From Hyphochytrium catenoides (Eukaryota > Protista > Hyphochytriomycota), in assembly GCA_900088475.1 (NCBI GenBank), contig FLMG01002293.1, forward strand, positions 1 to 37,576: a stretch of DNA of 37,576 bases. Reading direction: 5' to 3'. Below are positions 17,716-31,158 of this stretch, piece after piece; the first letter of the stretch is position 1; each line of letters opens with the position of its first letter. The notes under the pieces were generated by a model. The model was not told where the DNA came from and made no database searches. It worked only from the letters and a program-made list of their open reading frames with translations. Both the position numbers and the translations under genes were made by a program.

Positions 17716-19675
17716 ATGGTGGAGGCTCGTGTTGAGAAAGAGCATAAAACACCTCTCTCCCATTATGAGGGAGCAGCAGAGACTCCCTCTTTCTCTCCTT
17801 GTATCGGAGGCGGACCCGCCAAGGAGCATTCTCTAAGTATCTCCACGCCGTCCAGTCAGTCCTCTCATACAACGTTGCCTCTCTCTCACGCTGGAGCTGA
17901 GGAGAAGGAGAAAGAGATAGAGATCCTGGAGCAGGACAGGACCGGATCGAAGATCTGGGCTTGCGCTGTGCTTCTCGCTGATCTCCTCCTGGCTCCGAGG
18001 TCCGCCAGAGTCCTTCGCCCTATCTTCTTCTATGTCACCATCCTTTCCGTTCGAACAGCTCTTCTGTCTTGTGAGATCCTTCCTCTCTCTATTCCATACA
18101 TTCGGCCCATCTCTGTCTTTTCAACGCTGTTCCGACCTCCTCAGTCTCTGTTAGCATTTCGACCCATCTTACTCTTTACCATCAGGTTGTATGTCCTTCT
18201 CCTTCCTCTCGGTTTGTCCTTCTCCCCTCTCTGTATACTCTATTTTTTGAATCTCTCGTCCTCTCATTCTCTCTCTCACTCTCGTTTCTCTCTGTCTGTC
18301 CTCTCTGTCCGTCCTCTCTCTCACTCACTCTTTCTCTCTCTCTTTCTCTCTCCCTCTCTCCCTTTTCTCTCTCTCTCTCTCCCTCTCTTTCTCTCTCTCT
18401 CTCTCTACCCGCCTCTCCCTTTGTCCCTCGCTCGATGCGAGCCCCTGGGGCTTACATGTACCTCCTTCTTCCCTTTGTTCCTCTTGCACTTCCAGGCGTA
18501 CCAGTGGCTCCGCTACAGTGACGGAGTCTTTCCCTCCTAGACGGTCAGTGAAGGGCCAAAGAATTTGCGAGCTTGGTGCTGGGACGGGGTACCTTGGCAT
18601 CCGCCTCGCCCAGGCAGGAGCACAGCAGGTAAGTCATGATTTTGAGAATAAGAGGGAAGAAGCACAAGAAGGTGGAAAGAGAAAGTGAGACAGAGGGAGA
18701 GGTAAGAGAAAGAATAAAAAGAGAGTGAACAATCAGTGACGAAGAGAGAAAGACACAGAGTGAAATGATCGGCGTTGCCAAGACGTAGCTTCTTCCTCTC
18801 GGTCCTCCAGTTCTGACGTCGACTTCTTCTGAGCTATGTTTCCTGTCTTTGTCATCTGTCAGTTCTGACACCCTGTGCATCTCTCTTACCTCCAGGCACA
18901 TCTTCTTCATCCCTCTCTCTCTCTCTCTTGGCCCTTCTTTCCCTCTTCCGTCCTCTTCTTCTCTCCTTCAATATCCTTCTGCTCACTTTCCTCCATTCAG
19001 GTGCTTATCACAGACCTGCCACACAATATCCAGGCCATCAAGGCCAATGTGAGGCGCACAGGGGTCGAGGACAGGACAATCGTCAGAGTTCTTGATTGGA
19101 GGGCCTTTACTGGCTCTTCTCCTGCTTCTCCATCGTCACTCTTCTCGCTCTCCTCTCCTCATTCTGCGCAACCTTGTGCTAGGGAGATTGCAGCCCTCTC
19201 TCCTTGTGCAAAAGCGTGGATTGACCATCCCCCACCTTTTGACTTGGTCGTGATGACAGAGGTTCTCTACTGGCCCGCGCTGGACATCTTTGAAGAAGAC
19301 ACTCTCTTTCCGCTAGTTTGCACCATCCGCTTCCTTCTACAGCCCCATGGCGCCTGCTCTCCGTCTTCTCACTCAGACCGGTCTGCTCCCTCCTTCACGA
19401 CATCCCGACCTGCGGCTTTGCTGGCTTTCAAGACGAGAGATAGAGACAGAGAGGAGAGATTCATGGACCTATGCCGGCCGTTCTTTAGTATTAGAGTAGT
19501 ACCCCGCGAAGACTATGCAGCGCTCTGGATTGCGATAGAGGACCTAGAAGGAGCAGATCTAGAGGCAGCAGATCGAGAAGGAGAAGGGGTAAAAGCAGAA
19601 AGAGAAGCGGACAGACTATCAAGCTTAGAGAACGTGAACATTGTTGAACTATCTCTTCTCTCCCCTCCCAGATAA
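17716..19675 (+). CDS. Family-16 seven-beta-strand protein methyltransferase (METTL21/EEF1AKMT-like), 3 exons
   Basis: TGSKIWACAVLLAD (exon 1), motif I ICELGAGTGYLGI (exon 2, ~18497-18627), post-I VLITDL, VRVLDW, motif II FDLVVMTEVLY. Introns are phase-consistent GT-AG. Confidence 0.85.
18260..18420. repeat. (CT)n-rich tract in methyltransferase intron 1
   Basis: Seen directly in the sequence. Confidence 0.8.
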
Positions 19676-19896
19676 CGCAACCAAGTGAGAGATACAAAGA
19701 ACCGCTTTGATAGAGAAGAAGAGAACCGCTTTGCTAGGGAAGAAGAGCTTTTGCTGCGAAGTGAAAGGCAAACGCCTTAGAAGATAGGCTTTTTATGCTA
19801 ACTTATGAGCTGCCATAAATGTAACTGGCGGTCGCCTCATAGTCCACTGCTCTTCGTCCACGTGAGAGTAGGTCCTCTTTCCTCGTCACGTGGCCT

Positions 19897-22800
19897 TTAT
19901 TCTGACTTTCTCTGTTCCTCTCTCACTGAAAAGCTTTCGTGCCACCGCATAAACATCTCCTGTGTAATCTCAGACTTATGGTCCATCTTACCAACGCTAT
20001 GGCTTGGGCGAAGGCGATCGCAGGTTGGTCTTGGCGCCTCCAAGGGAAGGGAAGGAGAGCGAAAGACCTGGGAAGACCGGATTTTTCTGCGCTGTCTTCT
20101 CCTCCCTGCTTCCCGCTGCAGAGCCAGGAGCTTTCTTCGCATCCTTCAGAGCTAAAGATTTCACTATGGACAAAGGAAAGGGTTCAGCGATTAACAGCAT
20201 AACGGGAGGAGGAGCTTATACGACAAACATGAGAGACGATGGATGAGAAGCAGGGAGCGACTACCCAGTCAATGAAAGAAAGAAACTCGACAAGACATAC
20301 CAGGGGTCGCCTTGCCTCTTTCTCCTCTCTTGCTGTTCTGTGATGCTGTCTTTCCGTGACTCCATCCGTCTCCTTTGCCTCCCTTTCTAGAGGCTGTCTT
20401 CGCCTGCACCTTAGATGCTTGCTTTCCAGGAGAGGATGGTAGGAAGGAGAGAGACTTGATAGAGTTGAACAGAGAAAAGGCACCCCCAGCGCCTTTGTTC
20501 CCTTTTGATTTGGGAGAGTTCCGTGCAGACACAAAGAGGGACAAAGCAACGTAAGGTGATGCGTGGTGCTGACAACATAAGATCTCCCCTCAATTACCCC
20601 CTCTCTTCCTTTCATCTGCCTTACCTTGGCTCTCAGGGCCTGTTCTCGCCGCTTCTGGTTCGCGAGATGATCCAGGTAGAGGAGGCGTATGGGGTCCTCC
20701 CGGTGGCTTGGCTGTCCCCTGCCTTCTTTCCTGCTGGTCGCCGATCCTACCGTCTTCTCCATCCTCTTCTTCCTGGTGGCCGAGCGAGTCATAATTGGCG
20801 CTACTCCCTCCCCAAGAGCTATAGAAGGAGGATTTTGAGGAGCGAGAAGTCAAGAGGCCCCCGCTCTCTCCGTCTCCCTCTCCCGTCTCGGTTTGTCCTG
20901 CCTCTCCTCTCGAAAGTACCGATCCTCGTTCTCTCTTTGTATGTTTTCTCCGCTTCCTTCCCTTTCGTTTGAGAAAATCTATTGTATCCTGAATGATTAT
21001 GCCTAACGAGCTAAGGGTTCCGACTCTTTCTAATAGCTGTGTGAGGCGGATCTGTGCAAAGAGAGAACGACAGCGAAGTCGGGGTGAGCACGAGAAAGAG
21101 AGAAAAGTCTAACGAGATAAGAAGAGAACTACTCTACAGGTCACATAGAGCAGAGAAAGGAGAGAGACAAGTAACTTGATGGGAGCCTCTTAGGGACAGT
21201 AGAAACCTCAACGGTACCTGGTCCAGGACTAAAATCAGGGAAGGAGGTCTTTGACTCCCTATAGTTTGTCTCTCTCTCTGTCGCTTTCTCTCTCTCTCTT
21301 TTCCTCTCTTTCTATACTGTGTAAAGATAAAGGGCCTACCACTATCTCATGAGTGTACTTCTGCGATGGTCTTTGACTGCCTCCTTGCGTGAGCTCCTTA
21401 AGTTGCAGAACGCAGCGATTGTACTCCGACAGAGAAGCGAGAAGCGAAGGGGCAACAGAAGCTGCAATCGTGTACTTCAAGGCAAGGATATCCCATCTGA
21501 ACAGTAGGCAAGCGAGCTTCAGCATGATAAACAGACGGGATGAGAGGTAGCAAAGAGAATTATGACGCTGTCAGAGCCCCATGTTGATGCACTAAGAGAG
21601 ATTAGGAGTCTACGAGGGAGAAAAGAGGAGGAAGCTCCACGACCCATGGTCTTCATATACGTGGTGACAGAGCCTAACCTGACGTTCATGAAGGGCGGAC
21701 TTAGCAGTCCATGGATAAATTCAACTCCTGCTTCCTCTTCTTCGATGTCCCAATCGCCGTCCAATTTGCCTTGCGGGAGAAGAGAAGACAGAAGAAAGGT
21801 CTCTGCCTCTTTTCGAAGCTCTTCCATTGCCCCTAGCCGGTCCATAAGAGCGTCTTGTGCTTCCTTCTCAACCTCCTCTTTTGTCCTGCTCCTAAGCAGA
21901 GCACCATCTTCTGGTTCTGCTTTGTCCAAGAGTGAAGGCGGAGACTGCTTTTCGTAGATTTCTCCGTAGCTTTGTAGATAGCGAGAACAGAATCTTCTAT
22001 ATTTGGCTTCACCTGCTGTACCCTGGCCCTCGTCTTCTTCTTCTTCTTCCTCCACTGCCGGCGTGGCTCGATTTTCACTTCTAGAAGCTAGAACCTTTCT
22101 CCCAATGGCCGAAGGTGTAGGGAAGGACTGAACCTTCTCCTGCTGTTTCTGCTTCTCGCTCTTTGCATGAGGTTGAGGATTAGCTTGCTTTGCCTTTTCC
22201 TTGCAGAGAGAGAGGAGCTCATCGTCTCCCATCCCTGTCAGAGTGTCTATCCGGATTCCGTACTCTGTTGTTTCTGCCTGCAGAGCTTCTATTGTTTCTC
22301 TGTCATGGTTCCAAGAGTGAGCGAGTAAGAGGTAGACAGAAACGATTGCAGGCACTGTGAGGTGCAATAAAAATTAACGAGAGACAGAGCTAACCAGTCC
22401 ACAGAGGTCGTCTTGCTTCGACAGAGTTCATATAGCGAGGCTGAGCAAGGGCAGACAAACAACGCACAGATGATGGGCTTGAGAGCTAATGCACCGAGAG
22501 GAAGAGGTATGGCGAGGTAAGGGTAACTTGCCTTGCCCCTAAATGTAAGTATAGAGAACCGTCTGCCAGCATGACGACAGGGAAGGGGAAAGCGAGCCCA
22601 GTTTCCTTCTCCTTGGCCCCTCCTTCGCCTTTGTCCAATCCGATGGCCCCACTGAAGGTTTCCAGGACGGCCTCGCCATGTTGCTGGACTAAGCGCGGAA
22701 TGGTCGGGCACGTACTAACATTCTGAGAGAGTATATGCAGGGAGGTGGATCGCACCAATAGTTAGCGCGATGCAAGCGCCGCACCGAATAACTTTCACTA

Positions 22801-23457
22801 ACAAACAATAATAGCTCCCATAGTATAGCAGTGCAGTGGAGGTAGGGTCGGGGAGAGTTCTAGTCAAAGAGAGATGGTTGAGAAATGGAATATGAGAAAT
22901 TTGACGAGTAGTTGCAAGCGCGTTAACAAAAGATAGATAGCTATTGCAAGGTTGAAGCTTTCTGTAGAGGCACTCAGAAGGAAAGACGACTCGCTTACGG
23001 CAGCAAGGGTGTGTCCATTCCGCATGAAGCTGAGAGAGTGGTGGAGTTTCTGATAGAGCTCCCACAGCCCTCGGAGCTTCTCTAGCCGACTGCGCTCCTC
23101 CCCCATTGCGGCAATGAAGAGATCCCAAGCCTTTCATGATAGACAGAGCCAGTCCCGCGGGAGACAGGGTAGTCAATGTACGTAGACATACTCCGATTTT
23201 ACAGAGGCAGCACCAAAGTAGTGAGAGTAAGAGCAGGTGCAGTTTCAAGGCAAAAGAGGGAGCTTAAGGAGCAAGGTTCAAGAGCAAGGTCCAATCATGG
23301 ACACTCCTACGATATGGCGCTTGTGATCAGCAATGTTAGAAATGTGTAAGACGAAACTATGTTCAGACCTTCTGCTCCTTTCTGGAAAGTCGAGGTCCCG
23401 TCGTTTGGCGTCCCTCTTGCTGCTTCTTTCTCTATAGTGAATATGATGACCAGACAT
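19897..23457 (-). CDS. Hypothetical multi-exon protein (boundaries uncertain)
   Basis: A long protein-like exon at 21519-22367 (acidic, helical) plus flanking exon-like frames (MGEERSRLEKLRGLWELYQKL; WDILALKYTIAAS; DPIRLLYLDHLANQKRREQ) bounded by GT/AG and pyrimidine tracts. No family recognised. Confidence 0.45.
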
Positions 23458-23892
23458 TGCCGTTGATGAGAAGGAGCATTGGTACATTGACCTCTCCAGC
23501 CTTCTTGTTGAATTCGCCCTCCTGTACACTGATGCTCTATCTCTCTTTCTCTTTATCTTTATCTCTCTTTCTTACTCTCTCTATTCACTCCATTCCCACC
23601 CGTGCTCACACTCGCACTGAATTATCGAGAGCTCTCTCGCTTACACTATCAATTGTTGAATGTTTTGTGGGATAAAAGGAGCCATTAGGATCCCCTTCAG
23701 AGCCACCCCTGCCAATGCCCTCCCCTTACCTTCTCTAGAAAGGCCTTTTGCACGAGGGCCATATGGGCCTCCTTCTTCTCCTTCTCTTCCTGGAGCCTAA
23801 GAGTGATATAGGTTAGCTCAAGAGCTTACGCTAATATGCTAGCTCGAGCTCTCTTCCTATCTCTAATATCCTTATACCGAGCGGTGTATATC

Positions 23893-24066
23893 TTACTTTT
23901 GATCCTGCTGACTCTTGATAGTCAGCTCGATAAGTGAAGCAATGGCGCTCTGCACTTCATCCTCTGTCAGAGGCCGAGGTATCTCTTTCGAATAGGGGCT
24001 GGAATGGAAGGGGAAGAGGAGAGCGTAAGTTGAGGCCACTCTGAACCACCTGCTCGACTGTCGGCC

Positions 24067-24113
<47 letters not shown>

Positions 24114-26191
24114 NNNNNNTTTCTGCGGGAAACGGACACGACAACGTGACATTATGAGCAACGAAACGGCGGAGAAGAGTGGGTGCTGCCACATCATCTG
24201 CCTTGGAGAGCTCCAGCAGCACGACCACTCGTACGCCGTTCTCCCTGTCCAGTCCCAACTCCCGTAATTCCTGATTCTAGAAGCTCAAGGTTCAGTTAGA
24301 ATAGCAAGCGATGCTGAAGACAAGACAGACGATGGAACCCTGACTGGCCTTGGGACCTCGAAGCTCAAGCAGTGTAGAGAAAGAGAGACAATGACGAGGC
24401 AGCTTATGGATTAGCGAGATTGTCCAGTAAGGACGGCCCTGGTAGAATGAAAAGTCCCACATGAAGAACAGATAGAGATAACGGAGGAAATGTCTGAACA
24501 GAAGAGCTAGGCAAGAAGCGCGGCGACAAATGGAGTGGATGGTAGCTGCCCCACCCCAAACGATGTCGGGAGCGAAAAGTCCGTCCCGACTGAGACGCTC
24601 TCGTTGAGAAAGAAGCAGCCCATTCTGACAGAGAAAGCGTGAACCAGATCAGTGCCAACATGGGCGAGAAGACATCTTAAAAAGGAAAGGTTTTGAAAAG
24701 TAGCGAAAAGAGCCGCCAAATCGTCTTGAGACATCGGCAGCACTGTTAAGCAGTGGTTGTCGATGATGTCGCCTAAGACGCAGACGCAAGAGACAGAAAG
24801 ACAAGAGACATGCACAACAAAGAAGAAAGGAAACAGCACTTTATATTGCAAGGCGACCAAGCTGGCTTCCTGCGCATAAGTACCTGGTAGGTAGTAACAT
24901 AGAGATAGTGTCCCGCCCACCCTCCGCGATTACGCAGTTGGAGCGGAAGAGATCGTAAAGCGCGCGAACCGTGTCCGTGTCCTGCAACTGGATGTCCACA
25001 ATCTGGCAGTTCCGAGGTATCCCGTGTAAGACGCCAAAGAACAAAGCTAGAAGAGACAACAACCCTAAAAGCGGGGAGCTAGAATAAAGTAGGAAGGAAT
25101 AGAAGAAAGAGTGTGGTCCAAGGCACTGTTGGAGGGCTTGACTTGATAACCAGAGGAACCGAGCGTTCGTCGTAAGGATAGCTCGTCGCACGAGGTCGGG
25201 TTGAAGAGGCAGTGCAAACGCGAACCGAACATCAACAGCAGAGGAAGGCAGTCTTACATGTCCCTCTGGAAGACGCTTAATCAGAAATCTAATGAAGTGG
25301 CTAGTCCTAATGGGCAGTAGAAGAGTTATCAGAATAGGCGAGGTGAGCTGAGATGCTAAGGGTTTTGGACGTTAAGGCGGTAGACTGAAGAATGTTTATT
25401 TACCGGGCTCGATGCCTCTGGATTGCTCCTTCATCCAGCATGAAGCTGTCGTACAACGCATCCTTATTCATGAAGTGACCTGGAAGGGCAACGGAGATTG
25501 CTATTGAGATCGGCTGAGTTCTGAAAGGGTAGAAGAGAAATGGACACTTTGAACGAGAACCAGTTGGCTCTACGTGATGCTGGGACCAACCACAAGACGA
25601 GATACGAGTGAACTTATAACTCTGGACCCATATAATCTGTAGGTAAGGAACCAAAGGCTCTGAGGTGGAAGAGGTATACGAGAACCAGGTGAAGGGACGT
25701 AGGGGTCGAAGAATCTATAGATCTATAGGATAGCTCAACAGAGGCAGATCGGGAACCTTTCTTCTTCGCTTCTTGCGCCATTTCCGCCATTGACTGCTCC
25801 AGACTGCTCACCGAACAGCAAGCGGGACAACCTAGAAATGCAACACTGTTCCTGAGGAACTCCATAGTTGCAGATGAAGGTGTCTGCACTTACCAGGCGC
25901 GTTAGTTCCTAGACAGATACCACAGGGTGAAGCAAGAAGTCTCTCCCTCGCAGCTGCAGCAGCCTCTGCTTCAGTCCGCCGTTTCTTCTGCAACTCCAGG
26001 TGTAGGGCCACAGCTAAACCGTGACCGCTGTCTCCTATCCCTGTCCCTTTCCCATCTTCAGGGTGAGGTGTCGGCTGTTGAAGGCTGTGGAGGCCGATGG
26101 CCCCAATATCTGCGACGCCATCATCCCAATCTTCTCTTTCAGGGTTGTCTCCTTTTGCCTTCAGCATTTGGCGCTTCATTGGACTCCTCAA
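23893..26191 (-). CDS. Hypothetical multi-exon protein with CxxC-x7-CxxC zinc-knuckle-like motif
   Basis: A spliced junction gives PCGICLGTNAPG/CPACC. Further exon-like frames include GIPRNCQIVDIQLQDTDTVRALYDLF and LDRENGVRVVVLLELS. The region crosses an N gap. Confidence 0.45.
24073..24119. repeat. (CT)n microsatellite ending in an assembly gap (N 24114-24119)
   Basis: Seen directly in the sequence. Confidence 0.9.
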
Positions 26192-27167
26192 ACTCTCGAC
26201 CGTGGCAATCCTCTGTTAATCATCTAATATTAGACCACACGCAGCCAAAAGTACTGGTCCTTGTCTCACTTTAGCATCCCCCACTATATCACATTTCTCT
26301 GTTCTCTTTAGCTTCAATGTGAAGTCTGGGATTCTCCTCGGTATGCTTATGCAGAACTCTAAGCGCCAAAGTCAATGACTATGCCCCAAGTAGCGAAGCA
26401 GCCACTCCTTCTCTTTACCCTTTCTGGGCCTACCTTTGCAGGCGCATAGCCAAAAAATACAGGGGAGATGAGCTTCGCATCCCATCTGGCATACTTAAGC
26501 CCGTTAAAAGCCGGATGAAAAGACTTTGCAGGGCCCTGGCTGTGAGAGGATGGACTATCTTGCCCTCCTGCCACTGGCAGTCTCATGGGCACATAGCCTA
26601 GAAACAAGGGAGAGCAAACCTCAGAGTTCCGGGCATGTAGCTTTCTCATACGATAACCTGCGTGATTAAGAAGGGAGGTGCAAAACTTAGTAAGTTTAAT
26701 ATTCGTAGTGGCTGCCGACATCATCAATTAATGTAAGGGCTGCAGTGGAACAGATCTGATATACATTCGAAGACGATAGAGTGGCGAGGCAGAATAAGAG
26801 CACTATTGTTGACATTAGAGAGCTTTATTGCTTGCCTGCCGTGCATGGGTGTTCCCTCTGGCTATCAAACTGCTCCAGCTCTGCTTGCCGAACCAACAAC
26901 TCTAGAGGAGAATACAAGAGAACCAAGGAGGTTAGCACTCAGGCAGTCTAGAAGCCTTTCACCAGCTGTAGAGAAGAGCCACCGACGTGCCGGTGTGGAC
27001 AAGAAAAGTGCTGGATTGGCGACATGACTTGACAAAGGTAGAAGAGCATTTATGCTCCCTCCTTCTTTCAATACCGCCACAGCTAGTGACGTTTTTTCTT
27101 GGTCTGTGCCCGTCCCTTCAAGGTGTTTACTCTCTCTAAAGGTTCGCTAGAGTTAAGTTCCTTCCTA

Positions 27168-27934
27168 CTATATTCTCTCACCATCGACCAGTTTCTGCTG
27201 CTCCTCCCACAGCTTGGCATTTTTCTGGAGTTCGTGCTGTAGCTGCTCAGCTTGCGCAGCTTCTCGTAACCTCTGCTTCTTCTTCTCAGCTTGAGCTTTC
27301 TTGATTCGTGCGTTGCGCTCTTTCCGCCGCTTGTTTTCCTCCTCAGTTTTCTCTGGAAACGCGGAAGTAGATGGATTCCTTCCATCATCCGGCATGATGC
27401 CTCTTCCTTCCAAGATGTGAAGATCAAGAGCGAGACAGCCATATAAGAAGCAATGACGTAAATAGTGGTCGCCTTTGTTGCTTGGTGTCAAAGGTGCACA
27501 TGGTGCATGAAGAAGAGCGTGGATGGGAGGCTTTGGCTTTCTTCCTAGAAAGCCCTAACATCATAAGGTTGACAGGACTGCGGCGGCGGAAGAACTACTG
27601 CTATCGTAGTTCACGCTGGAGTTCTCGCCTGGTCCACATGTGCTACCTTTCCAAGAAGAGATGATGAGTTCTTATGGATGTGCACTCTAGAGGTCGAGAC
27701 GCTGTGCCCATCAACAACAAGGTAAGGGATATTACGACTTAATAGAAGGACCCACTTCCGTTCTGGCAAAGAAGAGGATGGGTGATAATTTAAAGAGAGT
27801 GCAGCAGAGACTCAGCTCTACTTATGGTCCGTCCTCGACCGTAGAAGGGCCCTCTCTAGTGGAGTCGGCGCCAAGATCTGGGTCCGAACTACTGGAAGTG
27901 GCTCAACAGCGAATAGACTGGAGAATCCCCGCAT
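27168..27934 (-). CDS. Hypothetical protein with basic coiled-coil C-terminus
   Basis: Terminal exon NKRRKERNARIKKAQAEKKKQRLREAAQAEQLQHELQK; candidate first exon MRGFSSLFAVEP. The exon chain is uncertain. Confidence 0.35.
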
Positions 27935-28746
27935 CTTGGACAGAACGCCGCCGCTGACTAATCTGCCAGCGAGCGCAGCATGAGCTCCAGAGATAGAGGC
28001 CAGAGCTTGGATCAGCTTCAGAAGTGCATGAGAAGCTCGCGCACACACGATCGAAACGACACTTGACAGTCCAGAGCACCTCCGGGAGCCAAAGAATCAC
28101 CTGACGATATCACAAGTACTTTAAAGCCTTTAGTTATCCTTCATTTTCATAATTGTGTTACTGGGCTCAAATATTCAACGTCAAAGTTTTAAAATATTCA
28201 ATCAGGATGTGTCATAAGGGCTTATTCACAGAGGAACCTTTCATTATTTCGCTTGAAGTTTGACCTGAAAGAAAAAGAGACAGTCTCAGGGATATTGAGA
28301 GCCGACCCACATTTTATTAACCTGCAGTAGTAATGAAACGGCCTCACGGTTTCGCCTAGGATAAACTCGTTGTTTGCTAGTAATACGTCGCATTTGTTGT
28401 GTGGGTCTAGGGGTGGGTGAGCGTCAGTCGCTCTGCTTGTAGCAGCAGAGCCTGACAGGTTCCAAAAATAATTCTGCCCTGTGACCTTGAACTGACAGCA
28501 CCGTCACAAGGACATAAGAGAGCATGAGAGCCAGAGCTAATACATAGCAAATGAGAGTGCAGAGAGACAGCAAGACTGGAACCTTTTTATTAGGTTTGCG
28601 ACAGACAGAGGGACAAGAAAGAAGAAATGGAATGCGAGAAAGAAGTGATTGAAGAGGAAGAAGAGTTGGGCATGCAAGACAAGGCGATAGATTCTAGAGA
28701 GAGAGACAGAGCGACTGCATATTAGCTCTTGGTGGAGACAGGCTGG

Positions 28747-28818
28747 GAGAGAGAGAGAGAGAGAGGGGAGAGAGAGNNNNNNNNNNNNNNNNNNNNNNNN
28801 GAGAGAGAGAGAGAGAGG
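28747..28818. repeat. (GA)n microsatellite spanning an assembly gap (N 28777-28800)
   Basis: Seen directly in the sequence. Confidence 0.9.
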
Positions 28819-29452
28819 GAGGAACACAGCATGAAGCTGCGCATGTCTATGTGCCTCCCGAACAAACCAGGGAAACTGGCGCAAGCAAAATCATCTCCCT
28901 CTCCTTCAACAGCTTGACCTGTCCTCCCTCTTTCTCAGCTCTCAATAGGGAGCCGCTCGGTATTAGAGTAGATCAGGCAGAGACAGAGAGCTATATCGCC
29001 AGGTATATACACACTTCTATTCTGCTTGGCTCAACTCCATCACTATACAAACCAGGCGGCAGGAATCAAAGGACACTTTCTCCTATCATCCAGGCCCAGC
29101 AGTAAGAAGTTCATGGGGCGGAAAGCTGGTTGGACAGCCTCGGAAGCTAGTGTTTCGATGGATAGAATCAATGCAGAGCTGTCTGGCTCGGTACTCTGAG
29201 AGCTTGACCAAGTCACTTGAGATCTCCTCCTTACACTAGGGGGCAGGGCTCAAGCTCTCAGTTGAGCTTCAGTCTTGGAAGCTTCAGACACGGGCCTTCT
29301 GCCGATTAGTACGCCGCATATTATATTTATCTCTTACAGGGCATTAGTTTTCGGCACATCGTTCCCAAGCGGCTCTGCTGGATAAGGGAAGGGACACAGG
29401 AACATTAAGAGGAGTGGCGGGTCCCCAAACCATGGGCTGCAGACGGCGTTAG

Positions 29453-29848
29453 TTGCAAGAGCTCCGCAGCATCACAGAATCTCTCAGTGGGTGTTTAGCC
29501 CCTGACAAGATGCGGGAGAGCATGCTATACATTGACCCCGAGAATGCCGAAGACATACGGCCGAAGGGCCAGTATAGCCTGACAATGACTCCGAGCGCTG
29601 TCACCACCATCACAGTGGCTAGGATAGAGGACTTGGAGGAGATTGGAGAGATGGAGAGCTCACACAGCATTGTCGATTTTGAAAAGGAGAAGGCATTATG
29701 GAGGTCTTCCCAACTTGCCAAGAGCGGAGACAGAGTGACACTGTCCTCCAGCCAGGATCTAGGCATAGGAAGCTCTCCGACCTTACCAGCGAAGGTCCTG
29801 TCTGTGCACTCACCTAGGAAGCCCATAGCTTTGCTTTTCATGATGTAA
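29453..29848 (+). CDS. Possible exon of a hypothetical gene
   Basis: 131-aa protein-like frame ending at a gtaagt donor (~29845). An antisense ORF of similar length exists, and no family was recognised. Confidence 0.25.
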   Translation: MQELRSITESLSGCLAPDKMRESMLYIDPENAEDIRPKGQYSLTMTPSAVTTITVARIEDLEEIGEMESSHSIVDFEKEKALWRSSQLAKSGDRVTLSSSQDLGIGSSPTLPAKVLSVHSPRKPIALLFMM

Positions 29849-30102
29849 GTGGTGAAACATGTCTGCCCTTTTCTCCAAGAGAGGAACCTCAAAGGCATTC
29901 AGGGGTTTGGCGCAGGACAGAGAGGGTAGAGGTGACGAGGGGCATCGTAGGGAGACTTGGAGGAATCGATAGGTCTTGAGGTTCTCAATATGTTTGTAGG
30001 CCATCCTTCTCACTTCAAACTCGAAATCCTTACATCGCAGGCTCTTCGTATCAGCGCTGGTCCCACTTGTAGGCGTAGTATACTTTTGCGGCCAGCGGCG
30101 AC

Positions 30103-30169
30103 NNNNNNNNNNNNNNNNNNNNNNNNNNNNNNNNNNNNNNNNNNNNNNNNNNNNNNNNNNNNNNNNNNN
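30103..30169. other. Assembly gap (Ns)
   Basis: Run of N. Confidence 0.99.
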
Positions 30170-31158
30170 CGAGCGGCTGTGGCGCGTTTACTTCCATTGA
30201 GGAGTGCGTAAGCCGACCTTTATGTGCCTACGATCCTCAGATGCAGATCTGTCAAGCAACCTAGATCTCCAAGCATCCACTTCCATCGGGTGCATCTTCA
30301 TGCGATAAATGTCCGTCAGCCTATCCCAAGTCAGTGCCCCTGCATCGGCATGCAAGGCAATCCACACTCTCCTATTCTATGGGTCTATGACTATTTATTT
30401 TCCAAAGACCTATCTTTATTTATTCTCAGCTGGGCAACTGCCCTAGCCTGATCGCCCGATCACAGTGGGTTGGACGTACGCTCTCCCTATGTGACAGTCG
30501 GGGGTGGCATCTACTACTCTTCTGGGAAAGGAGGCCTTTGAGCTCTTCACAGTTTCAGTCAGTTTTCTAAAACTAATAAAGTGTTAAGCGTATAATGACA
30601 CTGCTCATCATGGCAACATAGGCAAGAGCCTGAAGAAGTGCTGATGCGGAAGGGCATAGAGCTGTTTATGACTCTTGTTGATAAGACAGTCTTGCTTGTC
30701 GCAGTAAAGGCAAACAAGAGCTCGGGCTTGCTGGGAGCTGCCGAAACAAATGTATGGGATATTTACCCGGCTGCAAACTTCAAGAATGTGTGACTTATAC
30801 AGCGAAATTTGTCAAAAACGTAAGCTCACTAGCTTATTTTATGGGGTTAGCATAACGGTTAGCAGCTTTTTATTGCATCAAATTCTGTAGTTTTGTCAAA
30901 AGTTATGTATCTTTGATCTCTTCCCTGCGTTAAAGGGAAGTCTTGTCGTTCTAGTGTCCCCGCTGACCTTCATCATCATTCCTCCCTTCACAATCCGCAG
31001 AGCACTTCATCAGGAAGCCACGGCAAGTCGCTGTTGTTCAACCATAAGTGAGACACCAGGTCGCAAGAGTGCGCAAGGTTGATCTTTTAAGGGGCGCCGG
31101 TAGGGTTGGCATCGACAACGTAATCAGCCGCGCGTTGTAACCATAAGGAGAGATTATC

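Noticed and set aside
19699-19747. 24-nt tandem duplication after the methyltransferase stop
   Set aside because: A simple two-copy slippage repeat in a 3' UTR with no further structure.
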